Source of the DNA: Candidatus Hydrogenedentota bacterium
GTDB taxonomy: Bacteria > Hydrogenedentota > Hydrogenedentia > Hydrogenedentales > SLHB01
DNA: 64,000 bases
Reading direction: 5' to 3'
NCBI GenBank assembly: GCA_045863335.1
Contig: BTVY01000023.1
Coordinates: 1-64,000 of the forward strand
Shown piece by piece: positions 1-11,710 of this stretch. Below the pieces are notes generated by a model, which was not told where the DNA came from, did not search any database, and saw nothing but the letters and a program-made list of their open reading frames with translations. Positions within the stretch are counted from its first letter, which is position 1. Each line of letters starts with the position of its first letter. The translations under genes and the position numbers were made by a program.

Positions 1-53
1 AAGAGGACATTTCTAATGAGTTCAAAAGAGGACATTATCAGCAAGTTTTGACA
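1..53. mobile_element. Terminus of an insertion sequence (IS1202/ISNCY-like end; the rest lies left of the window)
   Basis: AAGAGGACATT occurs at 1-11 and 26-36, and the segment ends in TTTTGACA (5'-TGT on the other strand). Repeated transposase-binding sites plus a TGT terminus match IS1202/IS481-type ends. No transposase in the window. Confidence 0.6.
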
Positions 54-440
54 TTTCCAATCCGCGTACTACAACTAACCCGCATTTCTCACCGCCCCGC
101 AACGCCACCTTCGTGACAAAGCATCAGAAGCGGTGAGAAATGCTCCCGAGAAGAACTCCAGGGGCACTGGTGAGGATTTCTCGCACGCACACAGTGTACA
201 TTCAGATGACTTTCCAGATTCACGGAAACTTCTGCAACAAATGACGTTATACATTCAACGATTTGTGCGTGTGAGAAACCCGGGCTAACCGGGCCCATTG
301 AATTACACCAAGCCAAATCGTACTATCGTTCAGATTGCAGTCGCGGCCATGCGCCATCTAACCTGGGAACCGTTCGGAAACGATGCGTCTAAATACAGTC
401 CCGGGGTGGAGCATGCAGTCGGAAGGGGGTCTCGCGTTTC

Positions 441-2498
<2,058 letters not shown>

Positions 2499-2506
2499 TG
2501 ACGTTC

Positions 2507-3397
2507 TTAGTTGCCCGCCCGTTGCGCGATGGCCTCATAAACTCTGGGATCGCCCCGTTCATACGCAATATCAAGAGGCGTCTTGCCCGCGCCGTTCCGC
2601 AGGTTCACCGGCGATCCCCGGCCGATCAGGCTTTGAACCAGGTGCGCCGGACCTTTGGCGGCCGCCAGGTGGAGCGGCAGGTTGCCGGCCTTGTCCGCCT
2701 TGCTCACATCCGGTGCATATCCAAGAAGCATCGACGCCATACCAAAGTTGCCCTCGGAGATGGCGACATGCAGGACAGTTCGACCCTCACTGTCAATCGC
2801 ATTGATATCCGCCTCGCGCATGCCTTTTTCCACCCGCACGTACTCTTCGGTTCCGTCTTCCTTCTCGCGTTTCTGGATCTCGGCAACCGGCCGCGACGTC
2901 AGCAAGTGGCGCACCATCGCTTCGTTGCCCTTCATCACCGCGAGATGCAACGGCGGGGCTCCCTCTGCGTTTGCGATATTGGGATCGGCGCTGTACCGCA
3001 GCAGCAACTCGACCATCTCCGTCCGGTCTCCGCGGATGGCCAGGTGCAGGGGCGTCCACCCTGAGCCCGTCCGGGCATCAGGATCCGCCCGGAAGTCCAG
3101 AAGGAGTTGCGCTATGGCGAGCCGCCCATCGCGCGCGGCACGGTGAAGCGCGGTATTGCCGTCGATGTCCCGCACATTCGCGTCGGTACCGCTTTCCAAA
3201 TGCTCGCGGACCGTTTCGAGATCACCCTCCCGGGCGGACAGATGAAACGGGGGCAGTCCCAATGCCGTCTTCTCCGCAGGCTTCTCCGTGGACGCGCCAC
3301 ATCCGATCGCGGCGAGGAGCAGCACAAGCCCGCCCCCCCAGCACGGCAGAAACCGGGCTGCCCTGCGGTTATTTTCGCCTCGGAATTCCCTCGTCAT
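2507..3397 (-). CDS. Ankyrin-repeat lipoprotein
   Basis: Repeated GxTPLHxA motifs (GNTALHRAA, GWTPLHLAI, GRTVLHVAI, GKTPLDIA); lipobox-like LAAIGC. Confidence 0.88.
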   Translation of the reverse strand: MTREFRGENNRRAARFLPCWGGGLVLLLAAIGCGASTEKPAEKTALGLPPFHLSAREGDLETVREHLESGTDANVRDIDGNTALHRAARDGRLAIAQLLLDFRADPDARTGSGWTPLHLAIRGDRTEMVELLLRYSADPNIANAEGAPPLHLAVMKGNEAMVRHLLTSRPVAEIQKREKEDGTEEYVRVEKGMREADINAIDSEGRTVLHVAISEGNFGMASMLLGYAPDVSKADKAGNLPLHLAAAKGPAHLVQSLIGRGSPVNLRNGAGKTPLDIAYERGDPRVYEAIAQRAGN

Positions 3398-3584
3398 TCG
3401 CTCTGTATAGCACTCGCTGAGGCTCCGCGCAAGGACCGGTCACCCGTTTGCGCTTCTCACGCCGTACTATGCTATGCTGAATCTTCTTTCCGCCACGGGT
3501 CCGCAGGATACGCGGGGAATGAATGACATGGCGCGCGGAAACGCGCGGGACTTGGCAACCAACCCACATTTGCAGGAGGGAGTT

Positions 3585-4844
3585 ATGAGCGAAGGGAAAC
3601 AATCCGGGATGACGCGGAGAGATTTCGCGAAGGCTTCGGCGGCGGCTGCGGCCAGCCTAGCCGTGCTCAGTTCGGGGCGGGCCTATGCGGCCAACAACAA
3701 ACTGCGCGCGGGTCTGCTGGGCTGCGGTGGACGCGGCACCGGTGCGGCAACCCAGTTCATGCTGGGCAACGACAACGTCGAACTCGTGGCGATGGCCGAC
3801 TTGTTCCCGGATCGGCTGGAGGCGTCGCGGGCGCGCATCGGCGAAGCCAAAGACGACCGCGTCGTCAACCAGTTCAAAGTTTCGGACAACATGTGCTTTA
3901 CCGGGTTCGACGCCTACAAGAAGATCCTCGATACCGACATCGACGTGCTCATTGAAGGTACTTTGCCGTACAGCCGGCCCAAACATCTCACGGCCGCCGT
4001 CGAGGCGGGCAAGCATATCTTCACGGAAAAGCCGGCCGCGGTGGATCCCGCGGGCATCCGCCAGGTCATCGCGGCTGCCGAAAAGGCGAAAGAAAAGAAC
4101 CTCTGCCTGGTCGCCGGCACGCAGCGCCGTCACCAGCTCAACTATCAGGAAACCATCAAGAAACTTCACGCTGGCGCCATCGGCGACATCAAGGCCATGC
4201 GCGTGTACTGGTGCGGCGGCCTGCCCTTCTCCCACGAGCGCAAGCCGGACTGGAGCGAACTCGAGTATCGCATCCGCAACTGGTACGCCTACTGCTGGGT
4301 CTGCGGTGACAGCATCGTCGAGCAACACGTTCACAATCTGGATATCGCGTGCTGGGTGTTGCAGGCCAACCCCGTCAAAGTCTTCGCATCCGGCGGCCGC
4401 GCGTGGAAGACGGACGACCCCATCTACGGCGACATGTACGATCACTTCTCGTGCGATTATGAGTTCCCGAACAACGTTCACGTCACCAGCCTGTGCCGCC
4501 ACTGGGGCAAGGCCGACGGCGGCGTGTTCGAGGAAGCCTTCGGCACAAACGGCGTGAGCAAGTGCAACGACATGATGGACAGCCCGCCGGAGAAGATGGT
4601 CGACCCGTATATCCAGGAGCACACGGACCTCGGCAACGCCATCCGCGGCGTTGACCCGTACATCAATGAAGGCGTCCAGGTCGCCCATAGCACCATGGTT
4701 GCCATCATGGGCCGCATGTCGGCGTACACCGGAAAGGCGTTGACCTGGGACGAGGCCCTGAACTCGGAACTCAGCATCGTTCCGGAGGAGTGGGACTTCT
4801 CCCTGCCGTACCCGGTCGATCCGGTTCCGCGTCCGGGCGTGTAA
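3585..4844 (+). CDS. Tat-exported Gfo/Idh/MocA family oxidoreductase
   Basis: TRRDFAK Tat motif, GCGGRG Rossmann motif, EKP motif, EQHVHNLD; RBS GGAGG before ATG 3585. Confidence 0.92.
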   Translation: MSEGKQSGMTRRDFAKASAAAAASLAVLSSGRAYAANNKLRAGLLGCGGRGTGAATQFMLGNDNVELVAMADLFPDRLEASRARIGEAKDDRVVNQFKVSDNMCFTGFDAYKKILDTDIDVLIEGTLPYSRPKHLTAAVEAGKHIFTEKPAAVDPAGIRQVIAAAEKAKEKNLCLVAGTQRRHQLNYQETIKKLHAGAIGDIKAMRVYWCGGLPFSHERKPDWSELEYRIRNWYAYCWVCGDSIVEQHVHNLDIACWVLQANPVKVFASGGRAWKTDDPIYGDMYDHFSCDYEFPNNVHVTSLCRHWGKADGGVFEEAFGTNGVSKCNDMMDSPPEKMVDPYIQEHTDLGNAIRGVDPYINEGVQVAHSTMVAIMGRMSAYTGKALTWDEALNSELSIVPEEWDFSLPYPVDPVPRPGV

Positions 4845-4864
4845 CACCGTGAAATGAGTAATTC

Positions 4865-4903
4865 ATCGCCCGGCAGGTTCCGATCCTGCCGGGCGATTTC
4901 TTT
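4865..4903 (+). terminator. Probable intrinsic terminator/stem-loop
   Basis: ATCGCCCGGCAGG / CCTGCCGGGCGAT perfect stem followed by TTCTTT. Confidence 0.65.
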
Positions 4904-4937
4904 GAGAAGCCCCACACGCAGAACCAAGGAATCAACC

Positions 4938-6074
4938 GTGAAGAAACTTTTCCTGCACATCACCTTGCCGATCGCCTTGGCAGTTGGCTTTGCCGCACAA
5001 GCCCAACAGCCTGCAGACATCCAGCACACGATTGCCGCCATCGAGAAGGACCGGTTCCACGGCTGGCCGGCGAACAACGGTGCGTGGCACTGGGGCGACG
5101 AAATCCTCGTGGGATACACGCAAGGCGATTTCACCACCCGCGACGGCCACAACATCACCGGCATTCAGGAAAGCGAGTTCGCCCGCAGCCTGGACGGCGG
5201 CGAAACCTGGGAAATGTTCGACCCCGAGAACTTCCTGGACGACGAGAATATCCAGTGGCTGCCCAAAGGCAAGAGAAAGCTCGAAGCGCCCATCGATTTC
5301 ACCGATGACGGTTTCGCGCTGCGTGTCTTCGCCACGGGCTACCACGGAAACGACGATCCCGAGGGCGGCTTCTACTACTCCTACGACCGCGGGGCGACAT
5401 GGAACGGCCCCTATTTCCTGGGCGAAATTAACCAGCACCCGGAACTCGCGGGACCGGAACTCACGCCGCGAACGGACTACATCGTGATGGGTCCGAGCGA
5501 ATGTTTCATCTTCATCACGGCGAACGTCTCCGGGGGGAGCCGGGTCGCCTGCATCCGCACGAAGGACGGCGGAATGACCTTTGATTTCGTCAATTGGGTT
5601 ACCCCCGCGACCGACGAGTTTCGTGCCATCATGCCGAGCACGGTCCAGTTGTCGGACATGAAGTTCCTGCTCACCTTTCGCAAGATAAACACCGACAAGT
5701 CCGTCATGGAAAGTACAATCGACGCATACGTATCCGAGGATCGCTGTCAGTCGTGGCGCTATCTCAGCACCGTGAAGGAGATCAAGACCAACTCCAATCC
5801 GCCCGCGCTGGTCCGGCTTGCCGACGGCCGCCTGTGCTGCATCTACGGCGACCGCGACACCGGCAAGATGTGCGGCAAGTACAGTGCGGACGATGGCGCC
5901 ACGTGGGGCGAGGAGTTCGTTATCCGCGAAAGCTACCAAAGCGAGGACGAGTGGGCGGACATGGGCTACCCCCGCCTTGTGCAACGGACCGACGGCAAGC
6001 TCGTCGCCATGTACTATTGGGCCTCGCCCGAGCATCCGCAACAATACATCGCCGCGTCGATTTGGACACCTTAG
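4938..6074 (+). CDS. Secreted sialidase-like (BNR/Asp-box) beta-propeller protein
   Basis: Signal peptide; Asp boxes SLDGGETW, SYDRGATW, SADDGATW; C-terminal DMGYP motif; GTG start after AAGGA. Confidence 0.82.
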   Translation: MKKLFLHITLPIALAVGFAAQAQQPADIQHTIAAIEKDRFHGWPANNGAWHWGDEILVGYTQGDFTTRDGHNITGIQESEFARSLDGGETWEMFDPENFLDDENIQWLPKGKRKLEAPIDFTDDGFALRVFATGYHGNDDPEGGFYYSYDRGATWNGPYFLGEINQHPELAGPELTPRTDYIVMGPSECFIFITANVSGGSRVACIRTKDGGMTFDFVNWVTPATDEFRAIMPSTVQLSDMKFLLTFRKINTDKSVMESTIDAYVSEDRCQSWRYLSTVKEIKTNSNPPALVRLADGRLCCIYGDRDTGKMCGKYSADDGATWGEEFVIRESYQSEDEWADMGYPRLVQRTDGKLVAMYYWASPEHPQQYIAASIWTP

Positions 6075-6099
6075 CCGGAAACTAGCGCAAGCTAGACCG

Positions 6100-6720
6100 T
6101 TACTTCTTGGTTGCCATGTAACTTGTGATCAGGCACTTGTAGGACGGCAGATGGTTTGAGAAAAGTGTACCCAACCCTTCCACGTCGTTCCGCCAATCGC
6201 GGTGCAACTCGCACGCGACGGCAAACCAGGTCATCAGTTGGGCGCCCGCGGCCTCCATCCGCGACCAGGACGCCTCGCGGGTCGTCATGTTGAACGTCCC
6301 CGACGCATCGGTCACCACAAAGACTTCATACCCTTCCTCCAGGGCCGAGAGGGTGGGAAACGCCACACAAACCTCCGTCACGATGCCCGCGATGATAAGC
6401 TGTTTCTTTCCGGTCGCCTTGACCGCATTCACGAAGTCTTCATTGTCCCATGCATTGATGTTGCCCGGCCGCGCAATGAACGGCGCGTCAGGAAACAACG
6501 CCTTCAACTCGGGCACGAGCGGGCCGTTCGGACCGTCCTCGAAACTCGTGGTCAAGATCGTGGGCAAGTTGAAGTACTTGGCACAATCGGCCAGCGCGAG
6601 CACGTTGTTCATAAAGTCATCCGGGGAAAAATCGTGCACCAGATTGGTCAACCCGGATTGATGATCGACAAGCAATACGGCAGCGTCATTCTTGTCCAGT
6701 CGGCGGTAGTTGAAGCTCAT
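6100..6720 (-). CDS. ycaC: Isochorismatase-family cysteine hydrolase (YcaC-like)
   Basis: LLVDHQ, RPGNINAWD, GIVTEVCVAFP and ELHRDWR motifs typical of YcaC. Confidence 0.88.
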   Translation of the reverse strand: MSFNYRRLDKNDAAVLLVDHQSGLTNLVHDFSPDDFMNNVLALADCAKYFNLPTILTTSFEDGPNGPLVPELKALFPDAPFIARPGNINAWDNEDFVNAVKATGKKQLIIAGIVTEVCVAFPTLSALEEGYEVFVVTDASGTFNMTTREASWSRMEAAGAQLMTWFAVACELHRDWRNDVEGLGTLFSNHLPSYKCLITSYMATKK

Positions 6721-6850
6721 GACTTTTGCTCCTTGCGAGGGTTCGGATCGCAGAGTTGTCCCCTTGGAGCCCGGTTTGGGCCACAAGATTGGAACGACTC
6801 GCACCATTGCGTTGACAGCATGCAGCGAACAGCTTACACTGGAGATTAGT

Positions 6851-6900
6851 TGCGTAAGCACATTTTGTCAAGTATGAACTATTTTGTAATATAGTTACCT
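6851..6900. promoter_or_regulatory. AT-rich divergent promoter region with palindromic operator (likely HxlR site)
   Basis: AACTAT-N8-ATAGTT palindrome at 6877-6896 between divergent ycaC and hxlR-family genes. Confidence 0.5.
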
Positions 6901-6911
6901 AAAGGATACTG

Positions 6912-7286
6912 GTGATCCCCATGGCACGGCCGGGCCCGAAGTCAGTAAGCTGTCCCGTGGAAACGACGCTGCAAGTCGTCGGCGGGCGATGGAAAGTGCT
7001 GATACTCCATTACTTGTTTGATGGGACGTTGCGCTTTGGAGAACTCCACCGAAAGCTGGCGGGGATTTCCCATCGCACGCTGACCAAACAGCTCCGCGAA
7101 CTCGAAGCAGACGGCGTCATCCGCCGAAAGGTTTACTCGGAGATCCCCCCGAAAGTTGAGTACTCCCTCCTGCCCCTTGGCCGGAAGCTGGGAAAAGTAC
7201 TTCAGGCGATGCACAAGTGGGGGGAGGAGTACGAAGAACAGAAGCTTCACAAGCCCCGGAGGAGCCGGGCGAAAGCGCTGACGTAA
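6912..7286 (+). CDS. HxlR/HypR-family winged-helix transcriptional regulator
   Basis: CPVE..L...GG.WK..IL, LRFGEL, LTKQLRELE.DG, PPKVEYSL. Confidence 0.92.
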   Translation: MIPMARPGPKSVSCPVETTLQVVGGRWKVLILHYLFDGTLRFGELHRKLAGISHRTLTKQLRELEADGVIRRKVYSEIPPKVEYSLLPLGRKLGKVLQAMHKWGEEYEEQKLHKPRRSRAKALT

Positions 7287-7330
7287 GCGGTATCATGCGC
7301 GCGGATAGAAAACACTTGGGAGTGGTAGCC

Positions 7331-8206
7331 ATGGATCGACGAGATTTCCTGATCGCTTCTGCAGCCGTTGCGGGTGTCGCCGCCGCGCCGCGCGTTCACG
7401 CCCAACCGCCGGGCGCAGTGGGCTCCTTCGCCGGCCTGCCGCTCAAACTCGCGGTGCAACCCCAATTTTTTCCAGGCACGTTGGACGAACAACTCGAGGC
7501 TGCGGCTGCCTGGGGATTCCCCGCGTACGCGTGGCACAATCCGGAAGGCGACCTGGACGCAATCCAGCGCAAAGCCGACAGCCTCGGGCTCGCGCTTTGC
7601 TGTATCCGCGGATGTGGCCGCATCGAGCCGGGCTTCATGATGGACCCGGCCCAGCATGACGCGGTCGTGGACGAGTTCCGCCAGCGCATCGGCATCGCAA
7701 AGCAACTGGGAACGCGCCAACTCATCGGCCTCACCGGAAATGCCCGCGACGACATCTCCTACGACGAGCAAATGGATCTTGTAGTAGCGTGCTTGAAACG
7801 CTTGGCGCCGATTGCAGAGGAGAACGATGTCGAAATCATCATGGAGGCCCTCAACCCCCTCGTCGATCACAGAGGCTTTTTCCTGACCCGCACGGATCAG
7901 ACCATGCAGATCCTCGACGCCGTCGGAAGCCCGAGCATAAAGATGCTCTTCGATATCTATCACCAGCAGATTACGGAAGGCAACGTTATCCGCAACATCC
8001 GCGAGAACATCGACCGTATCGGCTTGTTCCACGTCGCCGACAATCCCGGCCGCAAAGAGCCCGGCACGGGCGAATTGAACTACACAAACATCTACAAGGC
8101 CATCTACGACACGGGCTACAAAGGCTACGTCGAACTGGAGCACGGCAAGGCAGGGACAGTGGAAGATGCGCTGAACGCAAACCTCGCCTGCTTTAAGTGG
8201 GCCTGA
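7331..8206 (+). CDS. Tat-exported TIM-barrel sugar isomerase (hydroxypyruvate isomerase/AP_endonuc_2 family)
   Basis: DRRDFLI Tat motif; EALN, LFDIYHQQITEG, HVADNPGRKEPGTGELNY. Confidence 0.88.
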   Translation: MDRRDFLIASAAVAGVAAAPRVHAQPPGAVGSFAGLPLKLAVQPQFFPGTLDEQLEAAAAWGFPAYAWHNPEGDLDAIQRKADSLGLALCCIRGCGRIEPGFMMDPAQHDAVVDEFRQRIGIAKQLGTRQLIGLTGNARDDISYDEQMDLVVACLKRLAPIAEENDVEIIMEALNPLVDHRGFFLTRTDQTMQILDAVGSPSIKMLFDIYHQQITEGNVIRNIRENIDRIGLFHVADNPGRKEPGTGELNYTNIYKAIYDTGYKGYVELEHGKAGTVEDALNANLACFKWA

Positions 8207-8225
8207 ACGGCAATGGAGTTACCCC

Positions 8226-9536
8226 TTAGCGGGTCTTCTTTGGATCCAAATCCCCGCGCTCTTTGAGAAAGACGACGACACCGGGCGAGATGCCGTGCTG
8301 TTCCAACGCGGACGCGACCTGATCGACCGGAGCCCCGGCATTCTCGGAGAGCACGCGGCGGATCGTTGCGCGATCACGGTCGATCAGAATGCCCAACAGC
8401 TTGCGCCGCAGTTCTCCGGCATGCTCAACAGATCGGGAAAGCCCCCGGATTTTGTTGCGCACCTTCTGTTTGGCCGTTTCATCCAGTTCGGGGTTTCGCA
8501 ACGTCTCCTGCATGGTGCCGCGGGCGTAGGTTGCATTGCGGTAGATGCCCCGGATCATGGTGAACGCGGCATCAAAATCCTCGCACCGGATCATGAGATC
8601 GATAAGCAGCGAGATGCCGTTCAAATGCGCTTGCGGATCGTCAAAAATCGCATCGCGCGAAACCGCCTTCTCAAGATACCCGATGGCCATCCGCATGGCC
8701 TCTGCTTCGTTGGCCGGGGCGAACGGCCAAAGCGACTTGACCGAGGCCAGGAACTCCTGTGTCGTACCCGTCCCGGTACCCTCAATCTCCACGCCGGTTC
8801 TGCATAGTTCCTTCAATCGATACAGCTCTGACACCTGCGCTTCAAGCAGCTTCTCAATGCGTTCCCGATGATGGCGGTAGGGATTGATTGCACCGGGTGC
8901 GGTTTCGCGATCCGCTGCGTCCATTTGCACCGCCAGGACCTGGCTCGCCTTCTGCCACTGGTGGAACAATTGCTGCAGGTGGCCGTCGTACGTCTCCAAC
9001 GCGGCCACGGTGTCTCGCCGCATCGGATTCTTGACCTCTTCCCCTTGCGCCGGGCCCTGCTCGCGGAACAACCACGCGATCCGCAGCAATAACCGGCCAA
9101 TCTTAAGATCATCTTGCGCGTCGTCGGGCAGGAGCAATTGAACGTAGGCGGCCAGGTAGTGAAGCGAGAGCGCATCACGGAAACGGATGTCGCCGTAGTT
9201 CACGTTTCGGCCGAGAAGTACCAGAACTTCCTTGTCCCGGTCGGTAAGTCGCGAATACGCCCGCTCGACCAAGGGATGAAACTGGTTCTCACGGGGGTTC
9301 TTGAACTCGGTGGTCACGTCCGTGAAGTAGCAATGAGGACAGTGATACAGGTAATAGTAAGCGGGATTGATAGGTTTGACCCGGTCGTTGAGCCACTTGT
9401 AGTGCAGTATGTGGCCATCGGACTCCCGCTCGCCTTCCGCGAACATGCGCAACCGGAAGTGGGGTTGGTCGTGCGCTGCGTTGCAGATGGGGCAATCGAC
9501 CGGTTTGTAGACAAAGGGTGAAACGCCATCGGCCAT
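8226..9536 (-). CDS. DUF2225-like zinc-ribbon/helical protein
   Basis: CPIC...CPHCYF zinc ligands, INPAYY and LRIAWLFRE motifs, followed by helical/coiled-coil regions. Confidence 0.7.
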   Translation of the reverse strand: MADGVSPFVYKPVDCPICNAAHDQPHFRLRMFAEGERESDGHILHYKWLNDRVKPINPAYYYLYHCPHCYFTDVTTEFKNPRENQFHPLVERAYSRLTDRDKEVLVLLGRNVNYGDIRFRDALSLHYLAAYVQLLLPDDAQDDLKIGRLLLRIAWLFREQGPAQGEEVKNPMRRDTVAALETYDGHLQQLFHQWQKASQVLAVQMDAADRETAPGAINPYRHHRERIEKLLEAQVSELYRLKELCRTGVEIEGTGTGTTQEFLASVKSLWPFAPANEAEAMRMAIGYLEKAVSRDAIFDDPQAHLNGISLLIDLMIRCEDFDAAFTMIRGIYRNATYARGTMQETLRNPELDETAKQKVRNKIRGLSRSVEHAGELRRKLLGILIDRDRATIRRVLSENAGAPVDQVASALEQHGISPGVVVFLKERGDLDPKKTR

Positions 9537-9711
9537 AATTGTCGGATCCTGAATGCTGATGAGTGTGCGTCTTGCAGCGCGACCACTATCGCAAGAGTAT
9601 CACAACTTGGCGTAAACGCTGACGTACATGACACTCGCAATTCATGGCGACGATTGCTTGGTACGATGGGGGGTTCGTCGCGTTGGCGCTTGGCGGGTGA
9701 GGAAACCCTTG

Positions 9712-10506
9712 TCAGCGCAGGCCGAGGACGTCCTGCATGTCGTATAGGCCCGGCTTCGCGTCCAGCACGAACCGCGCGGCGCGCAAGGACCCGCGCGCGA
9801 AGTTGTCGCGATTGTGCGCGCGATGGGTCAACTCAATGCGCTCCCCCTGACCGATGAAGTAGACGGTGTGATCGCCGACCACGTCGCCTCCGCGCACGGC
9901 ATGCATACCGATCTCGGGGCGGGGGCGCGCCCCGACCATGCCTTCCCGGCCATGGACGGTGTTCTTCGCGTGATCCAAACCCAGTGCTTCGGCAGCGCGC
10001 TCGGCCAGCCGTACGGCGGTGCCGCTCGGGCTGTCTTTCTTCTGATTGTGATGGGTCTCCACAATCTCGACGTTGTAGTCGAGTCCAAGGATTGAAGCGA
10101 CTTCGCTGGTCAGCTTGAACAGGAGATTTACACCCACGCTCATGTTCGGCGCATGGACAATGGGGACGGTGCGGGACAAGGCGTGGAGTTCGGCCTTCTG
10201 AGAATCGTTCAATCCAGTAGTGCCCACGACAGCGGGTTTGCCCGCTTCCGCTGCAGACTTCACATTGCCGAGGCACGCCTCGGCGACCGTGAAATCGATG
10301 AGCACGTCGGACTTTGCCAGTTCCGCGGCGGCGTCACTCGATACACGGATCGTGCGCGGATTCCCCGATTCGCTCCCAATGACAAGTTCGGTGCCGGCGA
10401 CCTGCGGCACGTCTATCGCGCCGCCGATCCCGATTCCGTCCGCGACGGCCAATTCGAGGATGCGGCGTCCCATACGACCGCATGCGCCCGCCATACAGAT
10501 GTTCAT
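9712..10506 (-). CDS. dapB: 4-hydroxy-tetrahydrodipicolinate reductase
   Basis: GACGRMG, VGTTG, APNMSVG, ETHHNQKKDSPSGTA. Confidence 0.97.
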   Translation of the reverse strand: MNICMAGACGRMGRRILELAVADGIGIGGAIDVPQVAGTELVIGSESGNPRTIRVSSDAAAELAKSDVLIDFTVAEACLGNVKSAAEAGKPAVVGTTGLNDSQKAELHALSRTVPIVHAPNMSVGVNLLFKLTSEVASILGLDYNVEIVETHHNQKKDSPSGTAVRLAERAAEALGLDHAKNTVHGREGMVGARPRPEIGMHAVRGGDVVGDHTVYFIGQGERIELTHRAHNRDNFARGSLRAARFVLDAKPGLYDMQDVLGLR

Positions 10507-10535
10507 TTCGCAACTCCCCGTGCAAAGATCCCTTT

Positions 10536-10606
10536 GGAGTGCGAGGGCTCGCCCTCGCAGGATGGAAGTATTCTTGCCTCTACACGAGAGCGAGCCCTCG
10601 CATTCC
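10536..10606. repeat. Inverted REP-like doublet between dapA and dapB
   Basis: GGAGTGCGAGGGCTCGCCCTCG (10536) and the inverted copy CGAGAGCGAGCCCTCGCATTCC (10585-10606); each unit is palindromic. Confidence 0.65.
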
Positions 10607-10620
10607 TTAGGCCGGTGTCG

Positions 10621-11490
10621 TTAGATCGCGCCTACCTGCTTGAGGATCGGCTCGAGTTTGGCAAACATCTCCGGCCGCATGGGCGTCAGCGGCATGCGCA
10701 ACACATTGTTGCACAGCCCCATCTTCGCCAGGGCGGCCTTGACCGGCATCGGATTGGTCTCGAAGAAAAGTCCCTTGAACAAGGGCAACAGTTCGTAGTG
10801 GATGCGCTGTGCTTCGGCGAGATCGCCCTTGTCAAAGGCGGCGCACATGGCCGCGACCTTCGCCGGGGCCACGTTGGCCGCGACGGAAATGACGCCGGTC
10901 GCGCCGACGGCCATCATGGGCAGCGTCAACGCGTCGTCGCCCGACATGACGGTGATATCGCAAAGGCTCCGGATGTCGCAGACCTGCTCGACACTGCCGC
11001 AGGCCTCTTTGATGGCGACGATGTTCGGCGTTTTCGCCATCTCGGCAATCGTCTCCGGCAACATCTTGGTGCCTGTGCGGCCGGGCACGTTGTACAAGAC
11101 AATGGGGATATCCACCTGATTGGCGATGGTCGTGTAGTGGAGAATCTGGCCCGCGGGCGTCGGCTTGTTGTAGTAGGGCGTAATCAGGAGCGCGCCATCG
11201 GCGCCGATCTCCTTCGCGTACTTCGTCAACGAAAGGGCTTCAAGCGTGCTGTTGGAACCCGTGCCGGCAATCACCGGCACGCGGCCCGCGACGCGCTCCA
11301 CCGTAAACTTCACGCAGGCTTCCTGCTCTTTGTGGAGCAAGGTAGCGGCTTCACCCGTGCACCCGCAGGGCACAATCCCGTCCGTGCCGTTCTCAATATG
11401 AAAGTCGATAAGCCGCCCGTAAGCGTCGAAGTCGATCTCGTAATTCTCTTTGAAAGGTGTTGCTACCGCAACGATGGAACCGCGAAACAT
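10621..11490 (-). CDS. dapA: 4-hydroxy-tetrahydrodipicolinate synthase
   Basis: TPF, GCTGE, PYYNKP, LYNVPGRT, IKEA, SGDD, ETNPMPVK. Confidence 0.97.
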   Translation of the reverse strand: MFRGSIVAVATPFKENYEIDFDAYGRLIDFHIENGTDGIVPCGCTGEAATLLHKEQEACVKFTVERVAGRVPVIAGTGSNSTLEALSLTKYAKEIGADGALLITPYYNKPTPAGQILHYTTIANQVDIPIVLYNVPGRTGTKMLPETIAEMAKTPNIVAIKEACGSVEQVCDIRSLCDITVMSGDDALTLPMMAVGATGVISVAANVAPAKVAAMCAAFDKGDLAEAQRIHYELLPLFKGLFFETNPMPVKAALAKMGLCNNVLRMPLTPMRPEMFAKLEPILKQVGAI

Positions 11491-11710
11491 GGTTGCTCTC
11501 CAAAACACGTTGTTATCGATCGATGGGAAACCCGCGTCGTGTCTGGGCCGCCCCGAAGATGGACGCGTACCATCTATTGTAATGCATTGCCAGAACCAAT
11601 GCTACCGCTGCAGCGGTTTAAACCTTTTCCACCAAGACCACAGGTGAGGGCGCCTGTGTCTTTCCGGATCGGTGGCCGTCTTATCCTTTGCAGGGGCTTA
11701 TGCGCACGCC

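Noticed and set aside
59-86. Possible xrs/dif site next to the IS end (some IS1202 members target XerCD sites)
   Set aside because: AATCCGCGTAC only loosely resembles a XerC arm, and no TTATGTTAAAT-like XerD arm follows.
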